Below are positions 24,106 through 38,477 of a stretch of DNA of 63,087 nucleotides, piece after piece. The stretch's first letter is position 1, and each line of letters opens with the position of its first letter. The stretch is from Octopus bimaculoides (Eukaryota): positions 29,660,326-29,723,412 of the forward strand of contig NC_069005.1 of assembly GCF_001194135.2 (NCBI RefSeq). The letters run 5' to 3'. Under the pieces are notes generated by a model that saw nothing but the letters and a program-made list of their open reading frames with translations, was not told the origin of the DNA and searched no databases. Made by a program: the position numbers and the translations under genes.

Positions 24106-25351
24106 TAGCGGCAGACGAAATACCGCTAAGCATTTTGCCCGGCATGGGTGCCTTTTTAAAGAAATGCCGCTAAACATTTCTTCTGAGGCGCTGGAGAGTC
24201 TGCCGACTCACCGGCTTATGATGATGACGATGATGATAATGATGATGATGATGAAGGATTCACCTGTCAAAGATAACATATAAGTGTTCAGCTTATGCTG
24301 AAACAATCTGCACAAACGATTTGTCTGTGGTGGCCAAATCTATATGCTGTACATTAGCCCGCTCTCTCTCCATCAAATCGACATTGCCTGTACAGGGTGC
24401 ATAGTGTACCAAGAGTCAGATGCTGAACAGATCACAGAGCAGCATGAGATGAAGTGTTATGCTCATAATAATAATTTATGTAAATGTGGGCATACAACCA
24501 TAAATTTAAAAAAAAAAAAAAAGGGTTGTAATTGTCTGACTAAACAGAATCTGCTAATTTACTGGAACTCCTTTCTATTGATCCCAGAAAGATGAGAGCC
24601 AAAGTCGAAACCCCAGTGGAATATGAAATTGGAACATAAAAACGAAACCTCATTAAATATCACAAAGGCATGTTGCTTTGGGTTTGGCACCTTACCAATT
24701 CTGCTGGCTAGCCTTGACAAATAGCCATAGCAATTTTTAAAGGGAATGAGGTTTATAGAATATGTATATTGAGATGTACTTCTATAACAAGCAGACAAAT
24801 TCATTATCAAACCAACAAGGGACCTGCTGGAAAAATAGCAGCTAAACCTCCTTCTAATCATGCCCCCAAAATCTTAAAAGAGTAAAAGGAAATAGACATA
24901 GGTAGGGATCTCTATGAGGTCTCGTGTTTTTAGAAACAGCAGCTACATCATACATAAAACATAGCCTATTGTGTTAAGAAATAAACAAAAACGAGAAGGA
25001 CCTCATTGGATGTTATGAATGCTTAACCTATCCACAATTGAAAAAGAAAAAAAACAGACTTGCGATTAATAAAATAAGTACCAGTTGAGCACTGTGTGTG
25101 TGGGGAGGATGGGGGTGGCAGTGTCAATACAATTGACTTACCTCCTCCCCCATTCAGAATTGTTAGCATGCTGAACAAAATGCTCAGTGGCATTTTGTCC
25201 AATTTTATGCTTTGAGTTCAAATTTCATTGAGGTCGACTTTACCTTTCACCCTTTCGGGGTTGATAAAATAAGTACCAGTTGAGCACCGGAGTGACTGGA
25301 GTCGACTTAACCCTCCCCCAAACATACTGGTCTTGTGCCAAAACTTGATAC

Positions 25352-25382
<31 letters not shown>

Positions 25383-25384
<2 letters not shown>

Positions 25385-25560
25385 TAGCTGGCCCCGTGCC
25401 ATCAAAAATGACAGCTAATTTTTGTATTTTATATATAAATATGGATGGTAAATCAGATTAACACACTTGTCAATGTTATCTAGTGGTTGTATTTTTGAGA
25501 TGTGACATCAATCATCGTTTGTTACTGGAAGAACACTGGTTCAAACATACACACATATAC
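25383..25560 (+). mobile_element. Possible Helitron-like non-autonomous element end
   Basis: ACTAGCTG...CAGCTA subterminal hairpin directly after a (TTA)n run. Single copy in the window. Confidence 0.25.
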
Positions 25561-26038
25561 TCACACACAGTTGAAACGCTGTTTGATTTTTCTTTTCAGC
25601 ATTGAATGTTCACCATCCCCCTTCCATTGCACACACACACACACACACACACACAGAGTCGAAAGGATCCCACGACCAGTTTGCCATCACCCCTTCCTTC
25701 CTTATTCACCTACCACCCTTTCTTTTTTCATTCATATATTGTGATGGACAAAAACACAAGAGTATTATTATAATAGACATCATTATTATTATAGCCCAAG
25801 ACTCTTAATCTCAGGGTCATGGGTTCATTCCTCACATCGGACAGACTTTATAAGGTGGCAAGCTGGAAGAACACTTAGTGGTATTTTGCACATCTTTGTA
25901 TTTTGAGTTCAAATTCCATCGAGGTCAACTTTACCATTCATCCTTCTAGGGTCAATGTAATCGATTTAACCCCTCCCCATCCAATTGCTGGCCTTGTGCC
26001 AAAATTTGAAACCATTATTTATAGTATAAGTATTATCC

Positions 26039-26071
<33 letters not shown>

Positions 26072-26757
26072 CCGTTACCTTTGAACTTTGGACTAAGTCA
26101 CTTCTTGGTGTTCTCACTGACCATGTCCATCCATCCACTTCAGTTCTTACGTTAGTAATTGTTTCGAAAGGGGGTCAAGCGAGGCCGCAAGAGCACTGAA
26201 GCTTACAAGAGGCCTTGGTCTATTGAGAGAGAGAGAGAGAGAGAGAGAACAGGAAGGAGGGAGGACACAGATGGAGAGAAAGAGATATATATCTAATAAG
26301 AAGATTAAGTGGTATTATTTATATCCATGAACCAGCAGAGGGTAATTAGTACACAAGGCTACCAGAACATATGCAAAAACAGCATTATGTATGCGTGCTT
26401 ATACAATATATTCATGTATATACACACTCATCATCATCATCATTATCATCAAGTTCAATTTGACTGAACAAACACTGTTCACAGTACAGTAGTTAAAGTT
26501 ACCAATAATAATAATTACCTCAACAAATAAACCATTGAATTCTTATGACTATTACACACACACACACACACACACACCACACCACACAGATATATGTGAT
26601 GATAACTCTCGTCAATTTTGATGTATGAGTGTTTGAAGAAGAGGATTTCATAAGAAGGAAGAAAAAAATGGGGACATAAACACACCAACATTGGTTATCA
26701 AGCAATTGTGTGTGTGTGTGTGGGGGGCAAACACTGATACAAATAGCAAATACATAC

Positions 26758-26793
<36 letters not shown>

Positions 26794-27127
26794 GATGGGC
26801 TTCTTTTAGTTTCCATCTGCCAAATCCACTCACAAGATTTTCGTTGGCCTGAAGCTTTGGTCAACCTGCAGAGTGAGACTGAACTTGGGACCATATGGTT
26901 GGGAAGCAAACTTCTTACCACACAGCCACAACTGTACCAATATATATANNNNNNNNNNNNNNNNNNNNNNNNNNNNNNNNNNNNNNNNNNNNNNNNNNNN
27001 NNNNNNNNNNNNNNNNNNNNNNNNNNNNNNNNNNNNNNNNNNNNNNNNNNNNNNNNNNNNNNNNNNNNNNNNNNNNNNNNNNNNNNNNNNNNNNNNNNNN
27101 NNNNNNNNNNNNNNNNNNNNNNNNNNN

Positions 27128-27174
<47 letters not shown>

Positions 27175-28051
27175 CATACATACATACTTGTGCGTGAGGC
27201 AGGCTTCCTTCAGTTTCTGCCAACCAAATCCACCTACATGGTTTTGGCTGGCCTAAGGCTATAGTAGAAGACACTTGCCCAACATGCCACGCAGTGGGAC
27301 TGAACCTGTGACCATGTGGTAGAGCAGCAAACCTCTTACCACACAGCGATGCCTGCACTTATACGAAGTCAGGAAAGTGTCTACAACTATCTACATACAC
27401 AGCATCGGCTAAAACCTATAGATTAAGTCTCCAGTACAGCATAGTACTGAAGGAAAAAAAAATTTAAAAAACGAAAGAAAAAAAAAATCAAACAAAAAAC
27501 AAGGCAAAAACGCTGTAAAAAAATGTAGCATTACACCATGCATGTGACACACAGCATCTCGATAATAGATACATGTTTTCAATATGTATGGGATATCACA
27601 TAATATGGTATGGTAATATGTATCTATAGCTACGATGCAGTGAAAACATAATTTGGCCTTTAAAAATCAGCCAAGAAACAAACTTGGGACATATTGGTAA
27701 CTAAGCAACCAGGATCAGCTGCTGACAGGAATACAACACAAATATATATATATATATGTCCTACCCATGCATGCACGGAAGATGGACATTAAACANNNNN
27801 NNNNNNNNNNNNNNNNNNNNNNNNNNNNNNNNNNNNNNNNNNNNNNNNNNNNNNNNNNNNNNNNNNNNNNNNNNNNNNNNNNNNNNNNNNNNNNNATAAA
27901 CTCTGCATAAAGCTGTGGTTAATTACTGAGCGATGTTCTTTGTGATTTGAGGGGGAAGACAGCATTTAGGAAAATAAAATAAAGGGAAAATTGATAAACA
28001 AGACTGAAGGAATAATTCGTTTTTTTTTTTTGTTGTATTATTTGTTCCTAG

Positions 28052-28129
28052 GATGGACTAATTTGTATGGCAATAAAATCCTATAATGAGGAAGAATGGA
28101 ATCAATCCATCTTGGACCAGAGCACCTAG
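28052..28129 (+). CDS. Weak candidate terminal coding exon (DGLICMAIKSYNEEEWNQSILDQST*)
   Basis: T-rich acceptor ...ttgttcctag followed by 25 open codons and TAG. No homology recognised. Confidence 0.15.
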   Translation, partial: DGLICMAIKSYNEEEWNQSILDQST

Positions 28130-29408
28130 AAGATCAATTACAGTATACACATATGCATGCATATACATAAATATATGTATATACATATATATGCACATGC
28201 ACTTACATATATATATATATATGTCCTACCCATGCATGCACGGAAGATGGACATTAAACATTGATGATGATGGGAGAGAGATATACATACATACATACAC
28301 ATCTGCAAATATATATGCTTATACACAAATGTACATATCTATATATATACAAGCCAGTTTTTGAGAGTTGCATTTCCTCGCGTTCGGTAAAAATATGTTT
28401 ATTATGGTAGTTTTAGCCTGAGGCGTTCTTCTATAGTAATGCCCTTATATAAATAAATAAATATATATATATATATATGACACACACACACACATCAGAT
28501 ATCAGACCAGCCAGAACGTTGATTACATTATGTTAATGACAAAAGACTGGACAACATGCATTGCATATGGAAAGGTTTGTAAACCTAAAAGAAGACCAGT
28601 GACCATATACAGGAATATATTTCAGCATACATGTGTATGGTGGTGTTCTTTTGGTTCCTGTCTACTAAATCCAATCATAAGGCTTTGGTCGGCCTATCAC
28701 AATAGTAAAAGACACTTACTTGCTTAAAATGCTGATCAGTGGGATTGAACCCGAAACCAGATGGTTGGGAAGCAAAATCCTCAACCATACAACCAAATTT
28801 TATGCTCATATTTTCTAATATTCTTTTACCTGTATCAGTCGTTGGACTGTGGCCATGCTGGAGGTTCTGTCTTGGGGGTCTTTTGTTTTTAGTTGAACAA
28901 AATCAACCTGAGCACTTAAGTTTTTAAGTCTCGTACCTATTTTATCGGTCTTTTGATGAACTGCTAAGTTATGAGACACAAACAAAGTAACATCGGTTGT
29001 CAAGTGATAGTTGGTGACAAACACAGAGACACACACACACATCTTTATTGTTTTCGTTTCTCATTGTGTTTAACATTTTTTTGATGTCCTGTACCCATAT
29101 ATGCATGTATGTATACATATAGATGTAGGTATGTATATATATGGATGGATGTATGCATATATTTATATATTATTTATATTATTATATATATATATATACA
29201 TATACACACATCGGGCTTCTTTCAGTTTCTGCTGGTCAAAATCCATTCACAAGGTTTTAGCAGAAGAAACTCAATGCACCACACGGTGGGACTGAACCGA
29301 AAACCATGTGGTTTGGAAGCAAACTTCTTACCACCCAGCCATGCCAATAAAAGTTTCTTTCAGGCTTTCGTTTTGTTTTATTTATTTATTCATTTATTTT
29401 GTTTTCAG

Positions 29409-29506
29409 TGCTTTCTTTGGAAAGTCAGACAGGAAGGAAGAAAGTTAAACAGGAAAACCAGATGTCACGACTGACAAGGTTGTCGGAGAACAAAGTTGGA
29501 AGTTTG
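29409..29506 (+). CDS. Candidate 98-nt exon (xLSLESQTGRKKVKQENQMSRLTRLSENKVGSL)
   Basis: Strong acceptor tttattttgttttcag, donor TTG|gtaacc, one open frame. No homology recognised; could be UTR. Confidence 0.25.
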
Positions 29507-29739
29507 GTAACCAAAGCATCATGCATTAAGTTTATGTGAGTGCGTTGTGTTGCGTCAGCCTAATGCAATGTGGAGTGAGATGTGCATTTTATATACTTGA
29601 TGCAGATGCAATTTAAAGGACATCTTCTACAGTTCTATAAACAGGCCAGACAGAACATTAAATGTCTTTGAGAAACAGGAAACAGAAGTGCATTTCCTCA
29701 TCATTTTTGCAAGATGAAGGATGGGATGGGTTTTTTTTA

Positions 29740-30070
29740 ACGCAAATGTTACACACTTGCATACATGCATGCAAACATATACATACATACAAATATATAT
29801 GCACACATAATTACATACAAACATACATGTACACATACATATGTAAATGCACATACATACATGTACACATACATATGTAAATGCACATACATACACTCAT
29901 ACATACATACATACATATATACATACATATATACATACATGCACACACAACTACATGCATATATGCATATATATGCATATATATGCATATATGCATATAT
30001 ATGCATATATGCTGTCTATGTAAACATAGACAGCATCTATTCTCACACATACATGCAAACATATACATAC
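29740..30070. repeat. Compound CATA/ATATGC microsatellite and minisatellite
   Basis: Repeated ACATACATGTACACATACATATGTAAATGC and ATATGCATAT units. Confidence 0.9.
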
Positions 30071-31778
30071 TTGAAAACTATATACACACACATGTAAACA
30101 CAAACACACATACACATTTGAACAGAAATGCACCCCCTATCACAAAACCCTACCTCACATACGTGCGATTCTACCATGTTTTTATTTCGCATGCAGGACA
30201 CTCCTGTAGGTATTTCTTTGCCCCAACCCTATCGTCGATTATGTCTGTCCCCCCTCCACTCCACGCCCGCCAATATTTAAAGGCTATTATATTTTACCAA
30301 CCCTAAAAGAACGAAACGTGTAGTTGACCGGGTCAGGATTTGAACTCAGAAAACATACGTAAAGGGACATAACCCAACATAGCTTGACATTTTTAATTTA
30401 TCAAACGACAGCTCAGGTAAATAATATACAGATATACGAAGTAAATGAAAAAAAAAAAAAGAAATATGCCGTTGAAAACAAAAGATCTAAGTACAAAGAG
30501 TGGGGGGGGGGGTCGGGGTGGATTGTAGGATAGAGAAAAAAGAGAAAAAGAAAATTAATTACAGCGTTAAGTCGTTTCTAATTAGTAACAGTAATCACCG
30601 AAGATTAAATGAAAAGCCAGGTAGAGATATTATGAGCGTTATTGTTTTTGATTTATTATTTACGACTACGACTGCTATAACATGGTCGCCAGTGATAGAG
30701 CAACAATCGTTTGAGCTTGGTATATATTATTGGTGCACACACACACACAGATATATAAACACACCGATGCTTACGTACACGTACACACACAGCAGCAGCC
30801 TTACTCTCTTTCATATTCTCTCTCTCTCTCTCTCTCCATCCCTCCTATCCCTGTCACGATCTCCCAACGCCTGCTGAAACCAAGAGAGGGATCAGTGAAC
30901 CGATAGTAATTACATCTTTGGCAACACTATCATTGAAGGAGAGAGCTAATAGTAAATCTTGAGGGAAAGAGAGGAATATATGGGACGTTCACACACACAC
31001 ACACACACACACATACATACATGTATAGAAAGAGATAACAGCAACTGTATTGATCTGTTTTTTTTCAACAGCCATTTCGAGATGCACAGCTGTTAAAATG
31101 TTCCGTCCTATAAAACTCCCAACATCCTACAACTGGGTAAAACCTAACATCTAGCACAAACCGATAATGTATGTGTGTGCGAGAGAGAGAGAGAGTGCGA
31201 GTGCGTGCGTTTGTGTTAACGTATGGACGTGTGCCAGCACATCAATTTAATGTTGGGAGTCGGTCCCTACAGATTTGTATAATCTGGGCTTAAATTATTT
31301 TATCGTTAGAGTATTGAGGCCCTAGTTTTTATATTGTCAAGCTTCCTTGGTGCAATTGAAGGAGAAAATGAGAGGAGAAAGAGGTGGGGAGACAAAAAGA
31401 GAAATAAAGAGATTAAAGAAAAAAGGCAGAGAGAGAAAGAAGCATAGACATATATATATATATATATATTCATATATTAGCCATATTGGCGATCTATATT
31501 AATTTTCTTTTATCTTTCCTTCACGAGTTTCAGGCATTAAACTGTAGCCATGTTGGGACGACACCGCCATGATGAATTTCAGTCAAACCAACAGACGTCA
31601 GTACTTTTTATGTTTTGTGTTTAAAAGTCTATTACTTTTTCTATTGGTCTCTTGCCAAACTGCTATGCTACGGGGACATAACCACACCAACACCAGTTGT
31701 CAAGTGATGGTGGGGGGACAAACAGACATTGAAAAGAGACAGGTAGAAAGAGACACATAAGGAAAGGCCCAAATATTT

Positions 31779-31816
<38 letters not shown>

Positions 31817-31817
<1 letters not shown>

Positions 31818-31985
31818 TATCTTCGAAACGTCTAGTTAGAATAGAGACAGCTGATGAAGGGATATTCCAAGTGGCTTTCCGTTCCTATGTGTTCGTTCCG
31901 TTGTCTGTAGTTCATTGTTCTAACGTCCTGTACCCTTATATGCATATATATACACATGTAGATGTAAGTATGTACATATATGTGT
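31817..31985 (+). mobile_element. Second subfamily of the element at 3240-3526, 5'-truncated by (TA)n
   Basis: TTATCTTC-GAAA-CGTC...GACAG-CTGATGA-AGGGATA followed by a tail homologous to the 3240-3340 reverse complement. Confidence 0.55.
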
Positions 31986-32009
31986 GTATACATGTATATA
32001 TATTCTTTG

Positions 32010-32044
<35 letters not shown>

Positions 32045-32046
<2 letters not shown>

Positions 32047-32121
32047 GGCTGTCCATAAAATATCTTTACAACTTCCAAACTTTTAATCTCAATATTATAA
32101 AGGGACTTTATGGACACCCTG
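32045..32121. mobile_element. Very short Tc1/mariner-type MITE
   Basis: Imperfect TIRs CAGGCTGTCCATAAAA and TTTATGGACACCCTG, related to 19731-19942. TA on the left flank. Confidence 0.65.
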
Positions 32122-32169
32122 TGTGTGTGTTTGTGTATATATATATATATAAAAATATATACACACATA

Positions 32170-32242
<73 letters not shown>

Positions 32243-33630
32243 TCATTGTTTAATGTCCGCTTTCTATGCTGGCATGGGTTGAACGGTTTGACTGGGGACT
32301 GGTGAGCCAGATGGCTGCACCAGGCTCCAATCTTATCCGGCAAGGTTTCTACAGCTGGATGCCCTTCCTAACGCCAACCACTCCGAGAGTGTAGTGGGTG
32401 CTTTTTACATTCCGATATATATACACATACACACGCACACACAAACACAAACACATATGCACCTCGTTTGTGTGTGTGTCTGTGTCCACATGTGTGTCCC
32501 CCCCCCCCATCACCGCTTGACAACCAGTGTTGGTGTGTTTACGCAGCCTTAACGTAGTGGTTCAGCAAAAGAGACCAATAGAATAAGTACTAGACACGAA
32601 AACTAAGTCCTAGTGGGGCTTGATTTGTTCAACTAGAACCCTTCAAGGAGCTGCTCCAGCATGACCGCAGTCAAATGACTGAGGCGAGTAAAAGAGTAAA
32701 AGAACATGTGTGTATGAAGAGAGAGACGGACAAACAGAGAAAGGTGGGGAGAGAGGAGGAGGAGGAGAGAGAGAGAGAAAAAGAGAAAGATTAAAAACAA
32801 GGCAAAGCAGAAACAGGTTTCTTTGCATGCAAATGGGTGATGGTGGTGGAGGGGGAACAAGAGTAAAAAAGGATTACTTTTGAAGTAACTGAAACCTTGT
32901 TGAAGGCATAATCCAATTTTATATACATTTTTATTTATCAGTTTTGTTACTGTTTCTTATCTTTTTTCTTTTTAATCCATTGAAAAGAAGGACCGGCCCA
33001 TAACCTCCACAAATATCTGAATATATAAATAAACAAATAAGCGAGGCTATTCTCAAAAGGTGCCCACCCCACTGCATCAGTAATTAAATTGGTTGATGGC
33101 TTGTGGAAGACTCACACTGAAATACATCTTCCGTAGACAGGACAGTGCTGCTGTTGCTGCTGTATATAGAAGCATCATCTGAGACTGGCTTCTGTTATAC
33201 GGGAGATTTATTTATATTAGGTGTTGTGTAGGAGATTAACTCTTTTGTTTCTAGATTTCTATTGAAATATGCTACCTTTGTTTCAATTAATTTTAAAGGT
33301 AATGAAGAATTTCCTCGAATAACCATTGACAGTATTTTAAGTTGCTATTTGGAACATAAAGTAGAATGGAATTTTGATGGATGGGTTTAATTAAATTAAA
33401 ACCTTTAAAACAATAAGTTTGTGTCACAGGACTCGTGCTCGTTTTAGGTAGGTTGGTATCAATAGAGTTACGGTATCAATAGAATTAAACCCTTTGTTAC
33501 CATTGAAGGTTTAATAAAAAACAAAAAAAAAAGTATTGGGAATGTTGCTATGGTGACGGAGCTAAAGCGTGTAGATTGAAGCCACTTGGCAATAGACTGA
33601 TCTTGAACTCTGCCACACATGCACTCTAAG

Positions 33631-33837
33631 TTACTCTTTACTCTTTTACTTGTTTCAGTCATTTGACTGTGGCCATGCTGGAGCACCACCTTTAGTCGAG
33701 CAAATCGACCCCAGGACTTATTCTTTGTAAGCCTAGTACTTATTCTATTGGTCTCTTTTGCCGAACCGCTAAGTGACGGGGACGTAAACACACCAACATC
33801 GGTCGTCAAGCGATGTTGGGGGGACAAACACACATAC

Positions 33838-33868
<31 letters not shown>

Positions 33869-34031
33869 CGATGGGCTTCTTTCAGTTTCCGTCTACCAAA
33901 TCCACTCACAAGGCTTTGGTTGGCCTGAGGCTATAGTAGAAGACACTTGCCCAAGGTGCCACGCAGTGGGACTGAACCCGGAACCATGTGGTTGGTAAGC
34001 AAGCTACTTACCACACAGCCACTCCTATGCC
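33631..34031 (-). mobile_element. SINE family A, full length
   Basis: Reverse complement of 44978-45388. Confidence 0.9.
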
Positions 34032-34097
34032 TAGTTGTAACATTCTCATTCACTTTGGTTGTTTATAGCAGCGCTTGGAATTGGAGTAGAATGCAGG

Positions 34098-34445
34098 TGT
34101 GTCAAAAACAAGGCTGGGTTTCAGCTGCACAGAATTACCTTGATTGTGTTGAGGAAAATGAAAACGTTTTGAAAATGATAACAGGTGGTGATGACTCATG
34201 TGTCTATGGCTTTGACCCCAAAACCAAGTATTGAAGAAAATTCCATGAAAAGACGAACAAGATTTCAAGACACCAAGATCCAGAATAATGCAATGAGGCA
34301 GCTGCTCGCATGCTTCCATCAATGGATGCTGGATAAAGGTGTTTAGCTTCAGAAGGGGACTAATTCGAAGGAGATAAAATGCTGGATTGGTTATATGTTG
34401 TAGTTTTCTTTCTAGAGCATCAGTCCTAATACTTTTTGATCAGAG
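34098..34445 (+). pseudogene. Mariner transposase relic, internally deleted
   Basis: Translation ...ENVLKMITGGDDSCVYGFDPKTK matches mariner ITGDExWVYxYDPETK. About 70 nt later, with frameshifts, CFHQW...SEGDxFEGDK matches the mariner C-terminus. The DD34D middle is missing. Confidence 0.8.
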
Positions 34446-36219
34446 AGATGTAAAACAATGATGATGACGATGGTAAGCATGTTTGCAGAACTGAATTATC
34501 ATCTGCTATTATAGCCCAGGGCCGACCAAAGCCTTGTGAGTGGATTTGATAGATAGAAACCGAAAGAAGCCTATTGTGTATATGTGTATGTATATATAAA
34601 ATAAAGAAGAACTGAGGTCAATTTGTTTGATTAAACTCTTCGAGGCAGTGCCCCAGCATGGCCACGGTCCAATGATTGTAACAATTAATAAGGTAAGTGT
34701 ATCTGGATGGAAAGATAAGTAAATAAATAATAATAAAAAAAAAAGATGATCATAGCTGGAACATATTTGATTGTTTGTCTGCTTGACAAGATTGACCTGG
34801 GGTTAAATAATAACCAAGACACCAGTGGATGCTGCATGCATCGATTAAAGTGCCACAAGACGCGTTTCAGACATTATTGTGCAAATGATGAAGATCAACA
34901 CATAGCTAAGGAGGGGGGTGGTGGGAGAAAGCGGTGAAGAAATGAAGAGAGAGGGAGTGATGCAGGGAGGGGAACAGCCAGAGCTGGAAGTGTACGAAAC
35001 TGAACATCATCGAAAGCTGTGTTCACAAGTTAGAGAAGGGAACGTGTGAAAGTAATGAAGAGAGAGAGAGAGAAAGAGAAAGAGAAGGTGGGCTGAGAGG
35101 AGAGGGGAGAGCGAGAGCTGACACACACACTACACTAAATCAAATTCATCCCGTTTGCGAAGCCGTTCAACCAATGCTGCACACTCCCTTCTTTCATACG
35201 TGCACGTATACATAAACACATATGCATACAACTATCTCTTGGCCCTACACTGCCGCTGCCACCACCACCACCGTGGACACGGCCACCACCACCAACAACG
35301 CAAACCTTACTAACCCACTCAGCTCTGTAGAGTTCATGTAAAGAAGGAGTTGAGTCAGAATCTCCTTTAAGCATACATACATACATACATAGATGTGTAC
35401 ATACATGTGTACAGACATATGTACATACATACACACGCATACATACGTACATACATACACACGCATACATACGTACGTACATACGCATACATACATACAC
35501 GAAAAGCCCTCAGCTGCCTCGGGCCAACAAACTACTCTCACATGGCAGCTTGAACTTCTAGAAATAGCAACCGAGGCCTCCAAATCATAGCCTATTTATT
35601 TATTTATTTATTCAAAAATAAACAATAAATAAACAGGAAATACACTTTGGATAATGTAATCGTTAGATACATAAAACTTGAATAAACAATGAGATGATTA
35701 AGACCGCAATCATTTTGATCATACATCTTATATCAGCTCAATTAGGAGAGCGGGCCTGAAACTAAATAACAGCTAGTTCAACATCAGCATGAACAAGGTG
35801 AAGTGATAGTTAGCCATTGTTAGATGAAAACAACATTAAACCTCTTGATACCGACCGGGCCTGAGGCCTGGCTCTTATTCCATGGCACGAAATCTCTAAT
35901 TTGAATGCATTCATTCATATATAAATCTACACCTTTCATTGTTGTTTCAAAGAAAAACCTTCAATTAAGCTATAGTTATGTTGTGCTGTGTTCTGAACAA
36001 GCAAACAAATTACCGTATTTTAACGTGTATTTTTCCGGACAGTGCATTTCGTTAAAAATATAGCAAGAAGAATGTTGAAGGAATAGCTGTATGTTTAAGA
36101 AGTTTGCTTCCGAACCTCATGGCTTCAGTTTCAGTCTCACAACATGACACCTCGGAGAAGTGGACAAACGTCTTCTACTATAGCCCTAGGTCACAAGCGC
36201 TCCTTCTTTGCATTGAGAG

Positions 36220-36450
36220 GTGACAGCTCCAGTACTACAGACTTGTGATAAGAATGCCACAGGAAAGGATCACAAGAGGGATTCTTCAAGCCACACCAAC
36301 CAGCAGAAGACTTGGAGGCAGACCAAGAACGAAGAGGATTGGATAATGGCCATAGTTTCAGTTGGTCACACTTAGGTATCTAGTTGGAAAATCTAATGAC
36401 AGTTGCTTTTGATGGGAGCCAAAGCAGGAGGTACCTGAGGACTTTATCCA
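36220..36450 (+). mobile_element. RTE-like ORF2 C-terminal relic
   Basis: PTSRRLGGRPRTK followed, after a frameshift, by a WxDN-like segment typical of RTE-type ORF2 ends. Confidence 0.45.
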
Positions 36451-36464
36451 CACTATCCATCATC

Positions 36465-36720
36465 AACATCATTAACATTTAACATCCATTTTCCATGCTG
36501 GTATGAGTTGGACAGCTTGACAAGAACTGGCAAGGCCAAGAGCACACCAATGCTTTTTATATGGCACCTTGGTTTCAGGTTTCAGTTCTGCTGGGGTGAG
36601 CAGGTCTCCTTGAGTACAGCAATGCGCCACACAACCTGGTCTACCCTCATCTCCTTTGTAAGATTGTGCATTTTGAGATCAGTCTTCAATACTTCGTCCC
36701 ATGTCTTTCCGGGTCTCTCT
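36465..36720 (-). mobile_element. RTE LINE 3' end with ORF2 C-terminus
   Basis: Minus translation RPGKTWDEVLKTDLKMHNLTKEMRVDQVVWRIAVLKET, followed by UTR and (CAT)n tail. Confidence 0.7.
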
Positions 36721-37535
36721 CTCTCTCTCTTCCACAACTTCCCTCCCAGGAATAAATGGGGAGAGAGGAGGAATGTATGGAATTAACATAGAATTTTGAT
36801 GGAAGGTTTTTAACCCCTTTTTTAAAAGGAGTTTTTCCACCCCTTTTTGCTACCAACCTGTTCATGACTGCATCTGCTTCCATAATACAAACTTCTTATT
36901 TAAAGTGATTTAAATTAAAACCTTTCAAAATTCTATATATGTTGATTTATGTACCAAACACCAGGTTAATAATGACAAAATTACTTTACCAAATTCTTTA
37001 TCATTTTCAAAATTAATTGAAACACAGTGTATTTCAACAGAAATATGGTAACAAAAAGGGTTAAAGCGAGGAATTTGTATCATAGAATTTGAGGTTGAGC
37101 AGTCTCAAGCAGATTGGCAATTAAAAGGGTTAAGTTAACATGTTACAGGGAGAAGGAAATGGTAAGTTACTTATCTAAACTACATGAGAATTACTCAGAG
37201 AAATTTTCCATGGGAGATCACAGAGAAAGGATCCCAAAAATATTTCATGGATAAACAGATAAGACATTTAAAGACATTTCAGAAATGTCTAAATACTTAA
37301 TAAAAATAAATTAATAATCTTTTTTTTTTTTCCAAATTGTTACTCCTTGTATAAGAAATGTGTGTATAATTAATTAGAAATAAATAAAATATGTATTAAA
37401 AAAAAAAAAAACCAACAAAAATTGGTGAAGTGCATTTTTGTATTCTACAAAATGAATCACTAGTTGATTGAATCATCGTTAAGTAGAATATTTCTCTGTA
37501 TCTTATTTTTAAAAGACCTATCTGTAAAATTATGT

Positions 37536-37619
<84 letters not shown>

Positions 37620-37711
37620 TCACATTCAGATGCACGTGTATATAGACACACGTGCACACACAATATGTAGATCTAGATATACACATACACACACACATAT
37701 GCAAACATACA

Positions 37712-37742
<31 letters not shown>

Positions 37743-38477
37743 GTATATATATACACACACACACACACGAATACATATACATGCTTTCTTTGTGACTGGT
37801 TTGAATTTAGTGATGAAGAATTTTAATCAGTTTCAAGGAAAAAGAGAGAGAGAGAGAGAGAGTGTGTGTGTTTATACACACACACACACACACACACACA
37901 TCCACCCCCACACAAAAAAAATTATAGTTACTAGTCAGAAAAATGTTACTGACAGTTTTCTAAACATTTCTCTTTTGCGTGTCTAATATTTTATTATTCA
38001 CATTCAAATACATAAATAATGATTTTAAAAAAAAAAAATCTGTCAAAATCCCTCACTGCCACAAAAAAANNNNNNNNNNNNNNNNNNNNNNNNNNNNNNN
38101 NNNNNNNNNNGGGGGGAGTTCTGTCAGGCCATTGACCACTTGAAAACATTCAAGATTGAGTTCTTTCATTTTACTGAATGCAATTACATCACAACATCCT
38201 TCTCATCATGTCTGTCTTTAATCACAGACCTGCTAGAAATAGCAGGAAAAAAAAAAATCTCCCTCATATTGCTGACACGGACGTTGGTATCTCAAGTCCT
38301 GTGAGACATTACTGTGTCATAGGGCCGGTCGTCCGGATTCCATGGCCCATAAACAACCAAGATCACAACATTTTCCCTTGAACAGAACACTGGTTTGGTT
38401 TAAGGAGACCCTTGGGCAACTGAGTGAAATGGAGCGATACAAGAATGGAGTGTTTTGCTCAAGAACACAACCCAATG

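Noticed and set aside
27746-28260. Identical ~50-bp blocks on either side of the 27796-27895 gap
   Set aside because: Same gap-edge pattern; probable assembly artefact.
29627-30306. ORFs rich in YI, HT, CV or ER dipeptides (here and throughout)
   Set aside because: These are translations of (TA)n, (CA)n and (GA)n microsatellites.
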